DNA of 33,196 nucleotides from Octopus bimaculoides (taxonomy: Eukaryota), in contig NC_068982.1 in assembly GCF_001194135.2 (NCBI RefSeq), positions 133,397,631 through 133,430,826 of the forward strand, written 5' to 3'. The notes beneath the pieces are model-generated. The model worked only from the letters and a program-made list of their open reading frames with translations. It made no database searches and had not been told where the DNA came from. Positions 22,625-32,966 of the stretch are shown one piece after another. Positions within the stretch are counted from its first letter, which is position 1, and each line of letters starts with the position of its first letter. The translations under genes and the position numbers were made by a program.

Positions 22625-23391
22625 CTATTAATAATGAATCAGAGATATATTTTTAGAAAAGCATTAATGATAGACAGTCCAGTTGTTAGACTGTCAGTTT
22701 ACCAACTGAAATATCAGGTGTACATATCTTGTTACAGACAGTGCATTACATATATATCAATGACATTTGACACTTAACCCTTTGAACCCCAATGTCAGTT
22801 GTCCTCGACACCCTCACCCCAGGTTCCCCCGTGTAAAAGAGCCAAAAAACAAAATCATTTCCCATCTAATATTGCTTCAGTGTCACTAAGATGTGTTTTC
22901 TGCCTCTCATATTGAAATAAAACACCAAATAGAGGGCAACATTGTTCTTACCACTTGATTTTTTTTGTTCTATTGCCAATACTGACGCTTGTGGTGCCAG
23001 TTGAACCAGCAGTTACTGACTGTTTTTCCAATGCAGAAAGTACTGAGGTATTTGTATCTGCAGTTAGCGGCTGGAATTTGCATTTGTATCTGTGGCTGGT
23101 GGCTGGAATAGTGGCCGCTGGGGTATTTGTAAACAGTACAATGTGGAAGCTGGTAAAGCAGTCACTAGGCCATTTGTATCTATGGCTGGTAGCTGGAAAG
23201 TGGCTGATGGAGTTCAGAAAGTTAATAGCCTTTCAAAAATGGGTTTAGAAATGGAGCAGCAGATGGAGAAGAAAAGTTAGATGCTTTTCAGTATTGTCAA
23301 ATTTGTACTTCTTGCTTTAGAGTTTAATTTTAGCCAGGTTTATATTTGCTTTTCACACATCAGAAGCTCTCTTTAGGTTTGTTATGAACCT

Positions 23392-23758
23392 AAAGAAGAA
23401 AATGGAGAAACTGGCGTATAGACATCTCTTTATTTGAAGATATTCAAATCAATATAATATGAAATTTTTATCCTTACAGCCATTTTCATATCCAATTAAA
23501 TCAATTAGACACATCTGAGTCTGTCAAGGGTCAACCAACATGGAATGTAACTCCTTTCTGGAAATTCTCCCTTGATGAAATACGCAATTAACCAGTTTTA
23601 ATATGAAGATTCTAAATTAATTTAATTTCATTTCATTTCTCTAATTGAATTAATTGGATATGGAAATAGCTGCAGGGATAAGAATTTCATATTATATTGA
23701 TTTTAATACCTTTGAATAAACTGATGTCTATACATCAAATTTCTCCATTTTCTTCTTT
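23392..23758. mobile_element. MITE-like foldback element, about 118-bp arms
   Basis: Arm 23392-23509 (aaagaagaaaatggagaaa...gtatagacatc...aaatcaatataatatgaaatt...catatccaatta.atcaattaga) matches the reverse complement of 23640-23758 with scattered mismatches. Confidence 0.88.
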
Positions 23759-24024
23759 TTGTCATTCAAATGTATATATATATATATATATATATATATT
23801 TGCTTCCATCACTAGCTGCATACTTTGATGAACTACATCTACAAACATTATGATGGATCTCCAAGGCCCCCCCTCCCCAGAAACAGCTGTTGAACTTATA
23901 ACACTTTACTTCTTCCCGTTTAATTTTCTCTGTTGTTTGTACTCTGTGTAAGTTTGATCTATTAATGTATAAATATACTTAAATATTCATCGTCTGAAAA
24001 TCTTCAGTCTTTGCTTTCCGTTTG

Positions 24025-24046
24025 CATGTATACATACATACATACA

Positions 24047-24081
<35 letters not shown>

Positions 24082-24397
24082 GTGTGTGTGTGTATGTGTG
24101 TATGTATATCAAACCTAAGCTGTTATATTTAATTTGTTTATCCACATAATTGCCTCTCTCTGTATATATTTATGTGTGTGTATCTTTGTGTTCATGTTTG
24201 CTCCCCACCACTGCTTGACAACTGGTGTTGGTTTGTTTATGGCCACTGTAACTTAGCTGTTCAGCAAAAGACACTGATAGAATAACTAGTAGGCTTAATA
24301 AAGAAAATTACTGGAGTCACTTCATTTAGTTAAAAATTCTTGAAGACAGTGCCCCAGCATGGCCACAGCCTAATGACTGAAGCAAGTAAAAGATAAA
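24025..24397 (+). mobile_element. tRNA-SINE tail half preceded by (CATA)n/(TG)n; head missing
   Basis: gcttgacaactggtgttggtttgtttat...gtaacttagctgttcagcaaaagacactgatagaata...gccccagcatggcc...aagtaaaaga. Confidence 0.75.
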
Positions 24398-24404
24398 ATA
24401 TATC

Positions 24405-24548
24405 ATATTGGCATGGGTTGGATAGTTTGACAAGATCTTGACAAGTTGGTGGACTGTAGCATGTTCTAGTGTCTGCTTTGGTAAGATTTCTATGGCTGGG
24501 TGCCCATCCTAACACCAAAGTGTACTGGTTGCATTTTTCATGGCACCA
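24405..24548 (-). mobile_element. Degenerate RTE 3'UTR
   Basis: ggcatgggttggatagtttgac...tttctatggctgggtgcccatcctaacacc. Confidence 0.6.
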
Positions 24549-24690
24549 GAACAGTGATCATCATTCTATAATTAACAAGGTTAGTGGGGGGTGGGGATTA
24601 AGTGACCCCTATTACTCAAGGAGAAGAGAAGGAAGTGACAATGTTCACCCTATGCTGATGGATGATGGAAGAAGGGAGGGTGGGGGAATA

Positions 24691-25016
24691 TAGAGCACTC
24701 TGTCGGTTACGACGACGAGTATCCCAGCTGATACGATCAACGGAACAGCTTGCTCGTGAAATTAACGTGTAAGTGACTGAGCAATCCACAGACATGTGTA
24801 CCCCTAACGTAGTTCTCAGGGAGATTCAGCGTGACACAGAGTGTGACAAGACCGGTCCTTTGAAATACAGGTACTACTCATTTTTGCAAGCTGAGTGGAC
24901 TGGAGCAACGTGAAATAAAGCATCTTCCTCAAGGACACAACGCGTCGCCAGGAATTGAACTCACAACCTTACAATCGTGAGCCGAATGCCCTAACCACTA
25001 AGCCACGCACCTTCAC
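24691..25016 (-). mobile_element. Full-length tRNA-derived SINE, second family
   Basis: Minus strand: A box TGGCTTAGTGG (24995-25005), B box GAGTTCAATTCC (24951-24962), then tgtgtccttgagg; CpGs well retained. Confidence 0.85.
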
Positions 25017-25319
25017 GGGGTGGGGGGGATATGACAGAGAACAGGGGAAAGGAACTGAATTACTGACAGGGTTGAGAAAAAGGGAGGGTTAGAGTTAAGA
25101 AAGTGATGGGGTGGGGTGAGTGGGAGGTGTGGGGGTCTAGAGTTTTCCAGCATTAAAAAGTGCAAGTAAGGACAGAGAGTGAGAGAAAAGAGGTACAGGT
25201 AAGGACTAGGGTCGAAAGGAAGCCCGAGAGAGTCATTAAATGAAAGAGGGTGTGTGGAGGGGTTATGTGGTATAGGAATCAAAAGAAAGAAAAGAAACTG
25301 AATATAGACAAGGAAAGAT

Positions 25320-25603
25320 TGAGTGAGAGAGAGAGAGAGAGCAAGAATAAATGAATGAATGAATGAATGAGAGAGAGAGTGAACAAGAGAGGCTGAGCAG
25401 GAGAGAGAAAGTGAATGAATGAGCGAGAAAGAGAGAGTGTGTGTGTACATGAGTGCTTTTATGTGTGTGTGCGTGTGATTTGTGTGTTTGTTTGTGTGTG
25501 TGTATGTGTGTGTGTGTGGAGAGAGAGAGAGAGAAAGAAAGAGAAAGAGAGAGAGAGAAAGAAAGAGAGAGAGAGAAAGAAAGAGAGAGAGAGAGAGAGA
25601 GAA
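25320..25603. repeat. Compound microsatellite (GA, GAAT, GT, GAAA)
   Basis: Visible short-unit runs. Confidence 0.95.
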
Positions 25604-25609
25604 TAAAAT

Positions 25610-25968
25610 AAATAAGCACCAGTTGAGGACTGGGGGGTTAACTTATCCTCTGCCCCAGAATTGCTGGCCTTGTACCAAAATTTGAAACCATGATTATTAT
25701 TATTAACGAGCAGGGAGGGATCATTAGTGCAGTAGATGAAATGCTTGGTAGTATTTTACCTGTCGCTATGTTCTAAGTTCAAATTCCACCAAGGTTGACT
25801 TTACCTTTTGGGTCGACTTTACCTTTCAGGGTCAAATTTACCTTTCCGAGGTCAGCTTTATCCTTTTGGGGTCAACAAAATAAGTACCGGTTGAACACTG
25901 GAGTTGATATAATTGACTATCCCCCTCCCCCAATTTCGGGCCTTGTGCCTATAGTAGAAAGGATTATT
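25610..25968 (+). mobile_element. tRNA-SINE, third family: a 3' fragment (25610-25705) plus a longer copy (25705-25968) with an internal 18-bp tandem
   Basis: B-box-like aagttcaaattcc (25776-25788), ggtcgacttt...ggggtc...aaataagtacc...actgg; same core as 26650-26780 in the opposite orientation. Confidence 0.7.
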
Positions 25969-26319
25969 ATAATAGTTAATAAAGAAATTATATGAAGGAA
26001 ACCATTATTGCTGTTGTGATTGTTGTTCAGAATTTTCCTCTTATGCCAAACTCTTCAAACACCACTTGAAAAGGAAGATGTGGGTGGAGAAAGAAGTACT
26101 GCCCACCACTCATGAATGAAAATAGGTCTGTATTGCACCATGAGCAGTAGACATACTTCTTATGCAGAAAAGAAGTAAATAACCATATGTTTACCTTATG
26201 TGAACTAAGAATGTTGTGGGAATATAAACAGGCTGACAGAGAATACAGACTTCATGTATAATAGTTGTGCAGCCAGTACTGTCTTAAGCATGGGCACAGT
26301 GGGTAGTTGTCTGGGGGGG

Positions 26320-26404
26320 CCTTACAAGCCTAGGGGCCTTACAAGCCTAGGAGCCTTACAAGCCTAGGGGCCTTACAAGCCTAGTGGCCTTACAAGCCTA
26401 GGGG
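26320..26404. repeat. 5 x 17-bp tandem repeat (ccttacaagcctagggg)
   Basis: Five consecutive units, two carrying a single substitution. Confidence 0.95.
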
Positions 26405-26519
26405 CCAATTCTGATTCTTGTATGCTATGGCTAGTTATCAATAGATAAATACTAGAGAACCCAGTGCATTAATTTTCCTGGGGGTGGGCAATAATGCTAC
26501 TAAAGTGGAGTAGTCAGCA

Positions 26520-26795
26520 GTAGAGACAGATGAAATACCGCTAAGCATTTCGCCTGGCATGCTAACGTTTCTTATTTCTTTATTGCCCACAAGGGGCTAA
26601 ACATAGAGGAGACAAACAAGGACAGACAAAGGGATTAAGTCGATTAGATCAACCCCAGTGCGTAACTGGTACTTAATTTATCGACCCCGAAAGGATGAAA
26701 GACAAAGTCGACCTTTTGAACTCAAAACGTAAAGACAGACGAAATACAGCTAAGCATTTTGCCCGGCGTGCTAACATTTCTGCCAGCTCACCGCC
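26520..26795 (-). mobile_element. tRNA-SINE, third family, with a terminal direct repeat of the head
   Basis: Minus-strand head ggcggtgagctggcagaaatgttagcacgccgggc; 26532-26571 matches 26741-26780 at 35/40. Confidence 0.8.
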
Positions 26796-26874
26796 TTATG
26801 AGGAGGTTGCATCTTGTGAAGGAAATGACACAAAATGGTATCAATTGGTAAGCCACTATGATGGGAAAGATTTA

Positions 26875-26940
26875 TATAACCCATGCAAGCATGGAAAATC
26901 AGACGTAAAATAATGATGATGATGATCATGAAGATGATGT
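26875..26940 (+). mobile_element. RTE extreme 3' tip
   Basis: aacccatgcaagcatggaaaatcagacgtaaaataat followed by (GAT)n. Confidence 0.65.
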
Positions 26941-27469
26941 GAACGAGAGTGTTGAAGTTTGATGGTTAAATGAACTTCATCTGCTCTCAGCTGCAAGCCA
27001 ATTCTTCAGTGCTTGAAAGACTTTTAACATTTTCTTTCTCGTGTTCTACAGCAAAGAATTATTATTGTTAAAAACAACTCATCTCAGTTGATTGAAAACA
27101 AGGCACAAAGGTGAGAATTCCCTTACAAAGAAAATTAAAAAAAAAAAACATCCAACTTAATTCTGTCTTTCTTTCTTTTGTTCTTCCTTCCTGTTCTTTC
27201 TTTCTTTCTTTTGTGTAGTGCTCAAAGAAGTCTGTCTAAAATATAATATTAAGAAAATGTATATGCTTTATATAAAGACCAGACACAGTCGACACATCTC
27301 TTGATATGAAGAAAACAGAGTTGTCAGATAAATTCCTTTTTTTTTTTCCGTTTATCTTAATCCTTTCTGATATTATTTAAATCAACAAAAAAGTATTTTT
27401 ATGTATTTTGTAGATCTATTCTTCCCCTACAACTTTTGTTTATCAATACTAAAATTCAAATAAATTTTT

Positions 27470-27660
27470 CGTTTTATTAGTTTTGTTAGTTTTAATTTTT
27501 TATTAGCGTTTTATCAGTTTTTATATGTTTTTTATTAGTTTTTATTAGTTTTTTATTAGTTTCTATTAGTTTTATTAGTTTTTTATTAGTTTTTATTAGT
27601 TTTATTAGTTTTTATTAGTTTTTATTAGTTTTATTAGTTTTTATTAGTTTTTATTAGTTT
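27470..27660. repeat. AT-rich minisatellite, 9-11-bp unit (tttt)tattag
   Basis: Repeated ttttattagt units, purer toward the right end. Confidence 0.9.
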
Positions 27661-27959
27661 GTTCAAGACGGAGAAGCTGTGCCAATGGCCTCTTTAGGTT
27701 TTTCAAGTTTGGTGAGATTAATGCCTTCAACATTTCACTTAAGCTATTGTATTTTCCTGCATACAAGTTGAACTTTCCCAATCACGATCTACAGTTAAAA
27801 AAGGTGATCAATATAGTCAAAGAAAGTGAACTCCAAGACAATCTTGGCGGACTAAAGACTGCATGTGAAATGCAGCAGGATTTGTAAAGATGGCGACAGT
27901 GTTGGAATGTATACACTACATGCTTACACAATATACAGCATGGACATGTATGCCAGAAA

Positions 27960-28840
27960 ATAGGATATTGCAAGTTAATGACTGCAGGGTGGAAATTTTA
28001 GATGACAGACATTCTGGGAAGAAAAGATTAGAAGCAGGGAATAGTTCAGGGCATGGAGGTTAGACATAATATAGGTGGTGAGAAGAGGAGAAGAGTTTAG
28101 TGTATTGAGAGGGCCTGAGTAGAGGTAACACAGAACCAACCAGTTCTGAAAATCAGGAATCATTGTAGATCATGATGGTAGAAAAGGTAGAGAGAGATAA
28201 AGAGAGAGAGGAGATAGTATGTCTGTGTGCAAGTAGTTGGAGTGAGTTTGTGAGTGAATTCCTGCCCATCAGTTAAAAGGAATTTCTCTAGATTTGGTCA
28301 GGATGTCTGTGAGTGGCAGCAGCCACATCCTGGATGTAGAAGCAATATTCCATTGTGAGAATCACCTGAGCTTTGTAAAGGGTCAATAATTGTTGGTGGA
28401 CAAAGTCTTTTATGGCTCTGAAGAGAAAAGATAGTCTTTGAGATTTTCACAATGTTAAAGATATGGGTTTGCCAGTTAAGATCATCAGTAATAATGAGGC
28501 TAAGCATTTGAAATGCTTACAACAGTTCAGGCTGCACACTGCTTATAATCAAGGGGGATGTAGTGCAATAATATTTTCTTCATATGTGCAGCAATAGTAG
28601 TTTAATTTGTTGTTGTTGAAGGAGACAAGACTGATGTGACTCTGTTGGACAATGTTTTTGAGGTCTCCATTCATGGTGTTAGTATGCAGATTCAACATGA
28701 TGTATCTAGGCTGCATGTAGATAACAAGTGGTATCATCTGTGCTGGAGTGGGTATTATAGGAGGTGACAGCCAGAAGGTTATAGAAGTATAGAAGGAAGA
28801 GTATGGGAGACAAAAGCAAACCCCAGAGTACACCACAGTT
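27960..28840 (-). mobile_element. CR1/L2-type LINE RT domain and C-terminus, degraded
   Basis: Minus strand: GVLWGLLLSPILFLLYFYNLL...THSSTDDTTCY (degenerate GVPQGS/YADD), MNGDLKNI...LVSFN, IITDDLNWQTHI, LYKAQVILTMEYC, QLLAHRH.ISSL, FFPRMS. Confidence 0.82.
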
Positions 28841-28905
28841 GATTAAGGTCAGAGGGAGAGAGAAAAAAGAATGAAAAAGAAGGTAGAGAGAAAGAGGGTG
28901 GGAGG

Positions 28906-28953
<48 letters not shown>

Positions 28954-29581
28954 TTACTGAGTTTAAAGTTTTGGTTCAGGGATACATTGAGGATTATAAA
29001 AAGCACAATACCAGGGTTAATGACCTTGTTGGGTTTAAGCAACTGGAACTAATTCTGTAATTGGTGTATGTTCATATATGGTAGTGAACCTGGTCATGTG
29101 GAGGAGACTTATCTAGTGTATGCAGTTTGAAGTTGGGCACACAATGGACAACAAATGTAGAAGCTTTCTCCAGAGGGGTTCTGCACATGGAACTAGCAGA
29201 AAGACTCAAACAAAGAAGTGAAATTATTTTGCAGTTTTGTCATTCACTAAGAAATTCTAGATTTAAACAAGAAATTCTACAGACGTATCTACAGTTCTCT
29301 AATTATTTCTAAATTCTTTATTTTTCTATAAATTTATGGCAACTAGACCATTGTAAAAGTTTTGGAAAATGCTTTCTCTCTGTATTAATAAAAATCTATA
29401 TCACAAATGTTTCTTCCAGTTTCTTCATTTGAGGGCTGAAATGTAATTGGGTAACATTTATATCTTAAAAAGGAACAATAATTTAATATACTTCACTTAT
29501 GAAGAAAGCCAGTAATTTTCAATGTAAAATATATATACACAATAAATGAAAAATAACAAACCATGTGTAATGAAAGAAAAC

Positions 29582-29804
29582 CATCATCATCATCATCGTT
29601 TGAAGATTCATTTTCCATGCTTGCATGAGTTGGATGGACTTTTCTGAGGTGGATTTTCTACAGTCAGATGCCCTTCTTGTCACCAACTCTCACCTGTCTC
29701 CAAGCAAGGTAATATTTCTCCATTGCCAGAGATGGTTTTGCTAAATGTTGGAAATGAATGATATTGCTTGTATGACAATGACACTCTTGTACAACTATCA
29801 CATG

Positions 29805-29806
<2 letters not shown>
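29582..29806 (-). mobile_element. RTE 3' end, variant subfamily (different upstream UTR)
   Basis: (CAT)n, cgttt, ccatgcttgcatga, tttctacag...gatgccctt; sequence upstream differs from the 14128/15686 copies. Confidence 0.7.
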
Positions 29807-29872
<66 letters not shown>

Positions 29873-30035
29873 AGTATGCAACAAGCTTCTTTTGGTTTCT
29901 GTCCAACAAATCCATTCAAAAAGCTTTGGTCATGGTGGGGCTATGGTAGAAGACACTTGTCCAAGGTGCCACACTATAGAACTGAGCCTGAAACTCTGTG
30001 GTTGGGAGGCAAAATTAACTACACTACCATATCTG
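29807..30035 (-). mobile_element. (CA)n plus tRNA-SINE head half (first family); tail half missing
   Basis: (CA)n 29807-29868, then gcttcttttggtttctgtccaacaaatcca...gaagacacttgtccaaggtgcc...ggttgggaggcaa. Confidence 0.75.
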
Positions 30036-30699
30036 CATGAATATAAGATTAATTTGAAAAATTTTCCCAGTGTTTCTTGTTCTACAACATACATCTATTG
30101 ATGACAAATATATCCTGTCCAACTTATCTCAGCTGATTTAATGCAAAAAACAAAGGTGGGAACCTACACGTAGAGAAAATTAGAATATATCCCACATACT
30201 TCTTATTTTCTCATGCTTTTTTAAAGAGTGGATGAAAATACTTCCGAACAGAGTATAACACACAAAGTAGGCCATCTAAAAGATGGTGTCATGAAAATTT
30301 ATATGGTCTAAAACCAGCACTAGTGGCAAGGTCATTATATAGTGAATACAATGAAATACTGATATACAACTCTGAAAACGTCATCAACAAGTTCAAGCTT
30401 AACCCTGACGGACTGGTATTATTACAATAATATTTTAGTAGGTTTTAAAAATCAGTGAATTTGTAAATAGGTTTATGAAATTTGTAGTTTATATCTTAAA
30501 TATGCTTGTTAATTTCTTGTTCTTCATTTATGTATTTAATAATTCTTAGTAAAAGCACATCACACATGTACAGATATATTCTTCCCACTGCATTTTCTGC
30601 CTGTTATCAAGCAGAAAATGCAGTAAACCAGTGACTAGCTCATTAGAAACCTATAACCAAAGCTTATTACTGTTCACAAAATCATTTAATCTTTTACCT

Positions 30700-30910
30700 T
30701 ACACATCTTTCAGTCAAAACGCAGTGGCCATACTGGGACACCACTTTGAAGGGTTTAGTCAAACAAACCAACCCCAGTGTAAGTCCGGTATCTATTTTAT
30801 CAGTCTCTTTTGCCAATTCATTAAATTATGTGGATGTAAACTAGCCATCATCAATTGTCAAACAGTGGTTGGGACAAACACAACACAAACACAGACACAC
30901 ACACATAGAT

Positions 30911-30955
<45 letters not shown>
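30700..30955 (-). mobile_element. tRNA-SINE tail half plus (CA)n; head missing
   Basis: ttcagtc...tggccatactggga...aaccccag...tctcttttgcc...gatgtaaac...gggacaaacac aligns to 15480-15670. Confidence 0.7.
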
Positions 30956-30969
30956 CATACATATTATAT

Positions 30970-31055
30970 GGGTAAAGGTTCTCATTGAAGATGAAAGGAA
31001 AGGTCTATAGAAATTGTGTGAGAGCTGCAATGCTGTATGGGAGTCAGATGTGGTG

Positions 31056-31109
<54 letters not shown>

Positions 31110-31516
31110 TGAGAAGGACTAAGAGAGCAATGGCGAGAGAAATGTATGGCATAAGGCTGTTTGATCGGAGGAGCACTGAGGATGCAGGGGTTGCAGGAAT
31201 CAGTGGAATGGCTGGCAAGGGTAATTGGAGTGCAGTAGTATGGGCATGTGTTGAGAAAGGATGGGGAGCATGTTCTGAAGAGGATGCTAGAGTTTGAGGT
31301 AAATGGACAGCAAAAGCTAGGTAGACTGAGGAAAATGTGGAGGGGACAGGGGAGGAGCAGATTGGGAGGGTTGACTTGAAAAGGGAGGATGCCCAAGACT
31401 GGGCAAGGTGGCGAGATGGTGTGAGGGCAGTTGCTACGGCATTAAGGTTGATCTGGCCACCCTGGTTAATGGGGACAAAACCCAGATTCAAAATGATGCA
31501 TGATGATGATGATGAC
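30970..31516 (+). mobile_element. RTE LINE 3' fragment, separate family, with (GA)21 expansion inside the dead ORF
   Basis: FSLKMKGKVYRNCVRAAMLYGSQMWCL, MAILRRTKRAM...DRRSTE, YGHVLRKDGEHVLKRMLEFEV, DAQDWARWRDGV; distinct short 3'UTR (gatctggccaccc...ggggacaaaacccagattc) and (GAT)n tail. Confidence 0.87.
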
Positions 31517-31530
31517 ATACATACATACAT

Positions 31531-31639
31531 TGCCAGATCAGATTGGAGCTTGATGCGGCCTCCTGGCTTGCCAGTCCCCAGTCAAACTATCCAAGCCATG
31601 CCAGCATGGAAAGGGGACATTAAACGATGATGGTGATGA
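31531..31639 (+). mobile_element. RTE 3' end (common family)
   Basis: tgccagatcagattggagc...ccatgccagcatggaaaggggacattaaac followed by (GAT)n. Confidence 0.8.
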
Positions 31640-32455
31640 TATATATATATACATGAGTCATCTAAGAGACCATAAGTCAAGGAAAAGATGCACTCATATA
31701 ACTGTGAGTAGAGTGGATATCTTATCCGAAAGGTACTGTATTATAAATCCATCTTGGCTGATCTTAGTAACACAAGGCAAACAATTGAGTGTTAGGTAGC
31801 AATCCGATTATATAACCTTATGCTCATCAGAATTAGCTGATATAGAAGGGAATATGGTAACTGCTCTCTATAGTTGGAGGTGGATTAGCACAGCCAGTCA
31901 GTAGTTGCTGTGACAAAGGTGGTGGAACAAAAAAGGGGCCTGGGAATTAATTTAGGAGTCATGTCTCTTTTTCTCAGGGACATAGGTATATATAGCTGTG
32001 TTTGTTGGTCTGTTTTCTTTCTGTAAAGGATAAAGTCGGGGTGGGGTTATGCTAATGTGCTGTGTGTAATGTGTGTGTATGTGTGTGTGTGTGGGGGGGT
32101 CTGTGTATATGTTGGGGTACAATTTGTGTGAAGAGGTATGTGTTAGTGGGAGGCAGTTTATTTTGTGGGATGTTCACCTTATAGGGATGTGTGTGTGTGC
32201 GTACTTTTGGTGCCTTGGTGTGTGCTTTGGTCAAACTCTTTTTGCTGGGCCCAAGAGCATTGGTGGAAGGTCGTTTGCAGAAGGTTGAGGCAGGGAACCT
32301 GTGGATGCATGGTGGGGTATGCAGATATGATAGAATGCACTTCCTTTCATGTGGGAAAGGATTAAACACCTTACTCCTGCTATTCAGGTAAGCATCCAGG
32401 CATTGGGTACTTTCTAAAATGGTTCCATTATGTGTGTGTGTGTGTGTGTGTGTGT

Positions 32456-32498
32456 NNNNNNNNNNNNNNNNNNNNNNNNNNNNNNNNNNNNNNNNNNN
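32456..32498. other. Assembly gap inside a (TG)n/(TA)n microsatellite
   Basis: Run of 43 N. Confidence 1.
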
Positions 32499-32515
32499 TA
32501 TATATATATATATTA

Positions 32516-32745
32516 ATAGTTATTGCCAAGCCAACATGGCAGTCCAAAAAATAGGACGAATGCTGCCGTTGATTAGCTCCAAGAGGCCATTGCCTCTAGC
32601 TAGCTATGTGACACACAAACCTGTGTCCATTATAACCTTCGAACATGGGAGGTCAGCCACTTCCCCTTGCTGGTCTGGCATCTACAGACTAGTTTCGGGG
32701 TATTGCCCCTTTTTTGGACTGCCATGTTGTCTTGGCGATAACTAT
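32516..32745. mobile_element. MITE with about 36-bp TIRs, flanked by TTA
   Basis: atagttat(t/c)gccaag(c/a)caacatggcagtccaaaaaa at both ends, inverted; tta at 32513-32515 and 32746-32748. Confidence 0.82.
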
Positions 32746-32804
32746 TTATATCCAGTACCGCTGCCGTAGTCTCCTTTAGAGAGACTTAGAAATATTAAGA
32801 CTGA

Positions 32805-32945
32805 GAACTGGTAAGCTGGGGAGCTGCACCAGGTTCCAGTGTGATTTGGCATGGTTTCTATTGCTTGATGCCCTTCCTAATGCCAACCACTCCAAGAATG
32901 TAGTGGGTGCTTTTTATGTGCCATCAGCACAGGTGCCAGTTATGT
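32805..32945 (-). mobile_element. RTE 3'UTR remnant
   Basis: caccaggttccagtgtgatttggcatggtttcta...gatgcccttcctaatgccaaccactc...gtagtgggtgctttttatgtgcc. Confidence 0.8.
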
Positions 32946-32966
32946 TACATAACACTGACATATATA

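Noticed and set aside
22925-22940. CTCF-like motif caaatagagggcaa
   Set aside because: Only 11 of 14 consensus positions match, with mismatches in the 5' core.
16130-25016. tRNA genes suggested by A/B boxes
   Set aside because: The boxes belong to SINE heads that run into SINE bodies; no complete cloverleaf is evident.
25108-25135. Canonical G-quadruplex motif (loops of 1, 5 and 6 nt)
   Set aside because: It sits in a purine-rich low-complexity tract where such motifs are expected; there is no functional context.
30236-30430. About 65-codon ATG-less plus frame with SLYSEYNEILIYN, faintly like the PARP catalytic loop
   Set aside because: The similarity is only a few residues, and the nearby acceptor leads to stops in all frames.
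13899-32369. ORFs rich in YI, CV, HT, ER or LS repeats
   Set aside because: They are translations of dinucleotide microsatellites.
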